Assembly (NCBI GenBank): GCA_963805625.1
Contig: CAWDVE010000010.1
Location: 352,001 to 416,000, forward strand
DNA length: 64,000 nucleotides
Source: an uncultured Candidatus Rokubacteria bacterium
GTDB lineage: Bacteria > Methylomirabilota > Methylomirabilia > Rokubacteriales > DASRDR01
Direction: 5' to 3'
Part shown: positions 61,333 to 64,000 of the stretch, piece after piece
Layout of the letters: each line of letters begins with the position of its first letter
Position numbering within the stretch: position 1 is the first letter of the stretch
Translations under genes and position numbers: made by a program
The notes under the pieces: model-generated
Seen by the model: only the letters and a program-made list of their open reading frames with translations
Told to the model about the DNA's origin: nothing
Databases searched by the model: none

Positions 61333-62052
61333 CTAGAGCGAGAACTTCTCACCGAGATATATCTCCCGCGCCTTCTCGTTGGTGGCCAGCTCGTGGGCCT
61401 TTCCGGACACCAGGATCTGGCCGCCGTAGAGGATGTAGGACCGGTCGGTGATCGAGAGCGTCTCGCGGACGTTGTGGTCGGTGATCAGGACCCCGATCCC
61501 CTTCTCCTTGAGCCGAGCCACGATGCTCTGGATCTCGGCGATCGCGATCGGGTCGATTCCCGTGAACGGCTCGTCCAGCAGGATGTAGTTGGGGGCGGTG
61601 ATGAGACACCGCGTGATCTCGAGGCGACGCCGCTCGCCGCCGGACAGCGTGAAGGCTCGCTGCTTGGCCAGGTGCTCGAGGCTCAGTTCCCGGAGCAGGC
61701 TGTAGAGTCGCTCCTGGCGCTCTCGGGGATTGAGGTCGATCGTCTCGAGGATCGCCAGCAGATTCTCCTCGACCGTCAGCTTCTTGAAGACGGAGGATTC
61801 CTGCGGCAGGTAGCCGATGCCTTGGCGGCACCGACGGTACATGGGCAGGTCGGTGATGTCCCGACCGTCCAGGAGGATGCGGCCCCGGTCCGGCGTGAGC
61901 AAGCCGACGACCATGTAGAACGTCGTCGTCTTCCCCGCCCCGTTCGGACCGAGGAGGCCGACCACCTCGCCGCGATCGATGCTGACGTTCACGTCATTCA
62001 CGACCTTCCGGTGTCGAAACGCCTTCACGAGGCCGTGCGCCTCGAGACCCAT
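61333..62052 (-). CDS. lptB: LPS export ABC transporter ATPase
   Basis: GPNGAGKTT, YLPQE, LSGGERRR, DEPF, TDHNVRET. Confidence 0.96.
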   Translation of the reverse strand: MGLEAHGLVKAFRHRKVVNDVNVSIDRGEVVGLLGPNGAGKTTTFYMVVGLLTPDRGRILLDGRDITDLPMYRRCRQGIGYLPQESSVFKKLTVEENLLAILETIDLNPRERQERLYSLLRELSLEHLAKQRAFTLSGGERRRLEITRCLITAPNYILLDEPFTGIDPIAIAEIQSIVARLKEKGIGVLITDHNVRETLSITDRSYILYGGQILVSGKAHELATNEKAREIYLGEKFSL

Positions 62053-62068
62053 CCAGCCCGTGACCTGC

Positions 62069-62713
62069 CTATCCGCAACCGCCCGGGCGCTTCTCGTCTT
62101 TCTTGCCCGCGGGCGTCGCGGCTCCTCCTGTCTTCTCCTCGTCCCGCTTCGGGTAGAAGACAGACTTGACGCGGCCCTGGGGGCCGGACCGCACCGTGCT
62201 GCGGTCGTCAGCCAGGAACATCTCGATCTCCTCGCCGGTCACCACGTTGTCCTCCTGCCACACCTTGGCGTCGCCGATGAGCAGGAGCTTCTGGTCGTCG
62301 TCGTAGTACTCCGCCCGCTTCGCGGTCCCCGTCCGGCAATCTTCCGTGACGATCCTGACGTTTCCCGTGGAGATGATGCGCAGCACCCGCTCGCCCTTGT
62401 CGTCGAGGTAGACCTCCATCCGTTCCGCGGTCTGGACGGAGTTCTCCTGCTTGGCGATCACGTTCCCGGTGAACACCACGAGGCCATCCTTCTTGGAGGC
62501 CTCCATCCGGTCTGCGTCGATGACGATGGGGGCGTTCGACCGGGGGCCGACCGACTTGTCGCCCGACTTCGCGGGCGCCGGTTTGGGTGCGGCGGCGGGG
62601 GGCCCGCTTCCGCTCCGGGGCGCGGGGGCGGGAGCCTTGGTCTGGGCGACCAGCGAGGACACGGCCGCGCCTAGCGCCACCAGCACGGTCAGGACGAGTA
62701 CTGCGCTCCTCAT
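62069..62713 (-). CDS. lptA: LPS transport periplasmic protein
   Basis: Signal peptide; PIVIDADRME, FTGNV, TGNVRI; position between lptC and lptB. Confidence 0.9.
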   Translation of the reverse strand: MRSAVLVLTVLVALGAAVSSLVAQTKAPAPAPRSGSGPPAAAPKPAPAKSGDKSVGPRSNAPIVIDADRMEASKKDGLVVFTGNVIAKQENSVQTAERMEVYLDDKGERVLRIISTGNVRIVTEDCRTGTAKRAEYYDDDQKLLLIGDAKVWQEDNVVTGEEIEMFLADDRSTVRSGPQGRVKSVFYPKRDEEKTGGAATPAGKKDEKRPGGCG

Positions 62714-63297
62714 GACTTGCTCCTCGGAAAGAGAGTGAGGTTCGACTTGGCACGGTCCGTGATCACGACCCGGACGTTCCGGCGGACGGCTGCGGTCTCC
62801 TCCTGCATGCGGACGACGAGCCCCATGCCGGTGATCGTCGTGCCCTCCCGGCTGATCTCCACGGTGTCCTCGGTGGCCAGGGTCCGCTGCTCGTTGTCCC
62901 AGCCCAGGGTGGCCGTCCGCATCTCGAGGCCGTCGCTCGACCGGATCCCCACGTTCCCCGTCAGGGTGACGTTCCGCCGGTTGTTGTCCAGCGTCCCCTC
63001 GTCGCTCGTGACGGTCCAGTCTCCGTCTCGGGAGAACACCTGGATCACGACCTGCCGCATCACCGTGATCCCCTTCTGGTCGTAAACCTCTGCCTGGTCG
63101 GCGTTGAGTGTCCATCGGAGGTTTCCATCCAGGGTCTCGTTGATGTGGACGTCCTTGATCTGGTACTCGGCCTGCTGAGGAGGCTGCTGGACCGGTGCCG
63201 GCGCCCGGCGGCCGACGACCTTCCAGGCAACGACCCCCGACAGGCCGGCGAGCACGGCCAGGAAGCACACCAGGAAGAGTGTCGACAGGCGGCGCAT
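62710..63297 (-). CDS. lptC: LPS export protein LptC
   Basis: N-terminal TM; WTLNADQA, LTGNV jellyroll-like region; synteny. Confidence 0.88.
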   Translation of the reverse strand: MRRLSTLFLVCFLAVLAGLSGVVAWKVVGRRAPAPVQQPPQQAEYQIKDVHINETLDGNLRWTLNADQAEVYDQKGITVMRQVVIQVFSRDGDWTVTSDEGTLDNNRRNVTLTGNVGIRSSDGLEMRTATLGWDNEQRTLATEDTVEISREGTTITGMGLVVRMQEETAAVRRNVRVVITDRAKSNLTLFPRSKS

Positions 63298-63393
63298 TTT
63301 GATGACCGTCAGTGTGCTGGATACCCGAGCACGGCGCCCACCCTAGCACGAATCGTGCCGGGAGTAAACGCGGGGGTTCGCGGCTGACTCGGG

Positions 63394-63960
63394 TCAGCCC
63401 GGCCAGCGATTTTGCGCCCTTAGGATGGCCTCCAGGGCCTCGCGCACGGCTCCAGCGCCCCCAGGCTGCCTCGTCACCCACCGGGTGGCCCGGCGGACCT
63501 CGGGCACGGCATCAGCCGGTGCCACGGCCAGCCCGACGCGGCCCAGCACAGGCAGGTCGGCGAGATCGTCCCCCATGGCTGCGACGGCCTCGTCGCGGCA
63601 ACTGTGACGGCGGCTGAGGTCGTGATAGGCCGTCAGCTTGTCGGCCACCCCCTGGTGCACCTCCGTCACACCGAGCTCTGCGCACCGGCGGGCCACGGCC
63701 GCGGATTGCCGGGCGGACACCACGGCGACGACGAGGCCGGCGGCGATCGCCTGGACGATGGCCAGGCCGTCGTGAACGTGGAAGCTCTTCCATTCCTCGC
63801 CATCCGGCCCGAGCCAGAGCCGGCCGTCCGTCAGCACGCCGTCGACGTCGAGCACGACGAGGCGAACGCGCCGAAGGATCCCGGCGGTCGGCGCCTTTCC
63901 AGGACGCGGGCCGGCCCGGGGTCGGCGGGCGGCTCGCGGCCGCGCGTCGCGGTCAGGCAA
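63394..63960 (-). CDS. kdsC: KDO-8-phosphate phosphatase (HAD)
   Basis: LDVDGVLTDG, FHVHDG, MGDDLAD, GGAGAVRE. Confidence 0.94.
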   Translation of the reverse strand: MPDRDARPRAARRPRAGPRPGKAPTAGILRRVRLVVLDVDGVLTDGRLWLGPDGEEWKSFHVHDGLAIVQAIAAGLVVAVVSARQSAAVARRCAELGVTEVHQGVADKLTAYHDLSRRHSCRDEAVAAMGDDLADLPVLGRVGLAVAPADAVPEVRRATRWVTRQPGGAGAVREALEAILRAQNRWPG

Positions 63961-64000
63961 TCTTGGCCCGGAGGAGGTCGTGAAGGTGGAGGACCCCGTC
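63953..64000 (-). CDS. kdsD: C-terminus of arabinose-5-phosphate isomerase (partial)
   Basis: DGVLHLHDLLRAKIA*, the typical CBS-domain end, directly upstream of kdsC. Confidence 0.8.
   Translation of the reverse strand, partial: DGVLHLHDLLRAKIA

Overview
High-GC (about 70% by eye) diderm bacterial chromosome segment. Gene content and style suggest Candidatus Rokubacteria/Methylomirabilota (inference only). It has two regimes. (1) About 1-17.5 kb is an accessory, decaying region. It starts with a truncated SNF2 helicase and the 3' half of a tRNA-Arg(CCT), a likely att scar. It continues through integrase-arm-like 12-bp-period repeats, a 5'-truncated group II intron, an ISL3 with an 8-bp target duplication, many abutting gene fragments and a few intact small secreted or membrane genes. 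At 14.06-14.48 kb is a tandemly duplicated pair of 44 and 47 aa peptide genes missing from the ORF track. They share a leader (YEPPxIExVLTxxDxExExL[FY]AG), have unrelated C-terminal cores and look like orphan RiPP precursors; this is the best novelty candidate. (2) About 17.6-64 kb is intact core genome: ilvE, a membrane-anchored pYEATS-like protein, MFS, leuA with a Leu leader/attenuator, Usp, bactofilin-SH3-TPR, a candidate 6S-like ncRNA, an orphan PaaA-like di-iron protein/GT4/DUF151 operon, an enlarged FBP aldolase/phosphatase opposite a SorC/CggR regulator, accA, dnaE, SPFH, guaA, guaB3, coaX, birA, valS, a fused lptF-lptG, and the minus-strand run kdsD-kdsC-lptC-lptA-lptB-rpoN-hpf-rapZ-cupin-metK-ahcY-PHP-ArnT-GT2-UPF0182. 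All calls come from reading the sequence; no searches were run.
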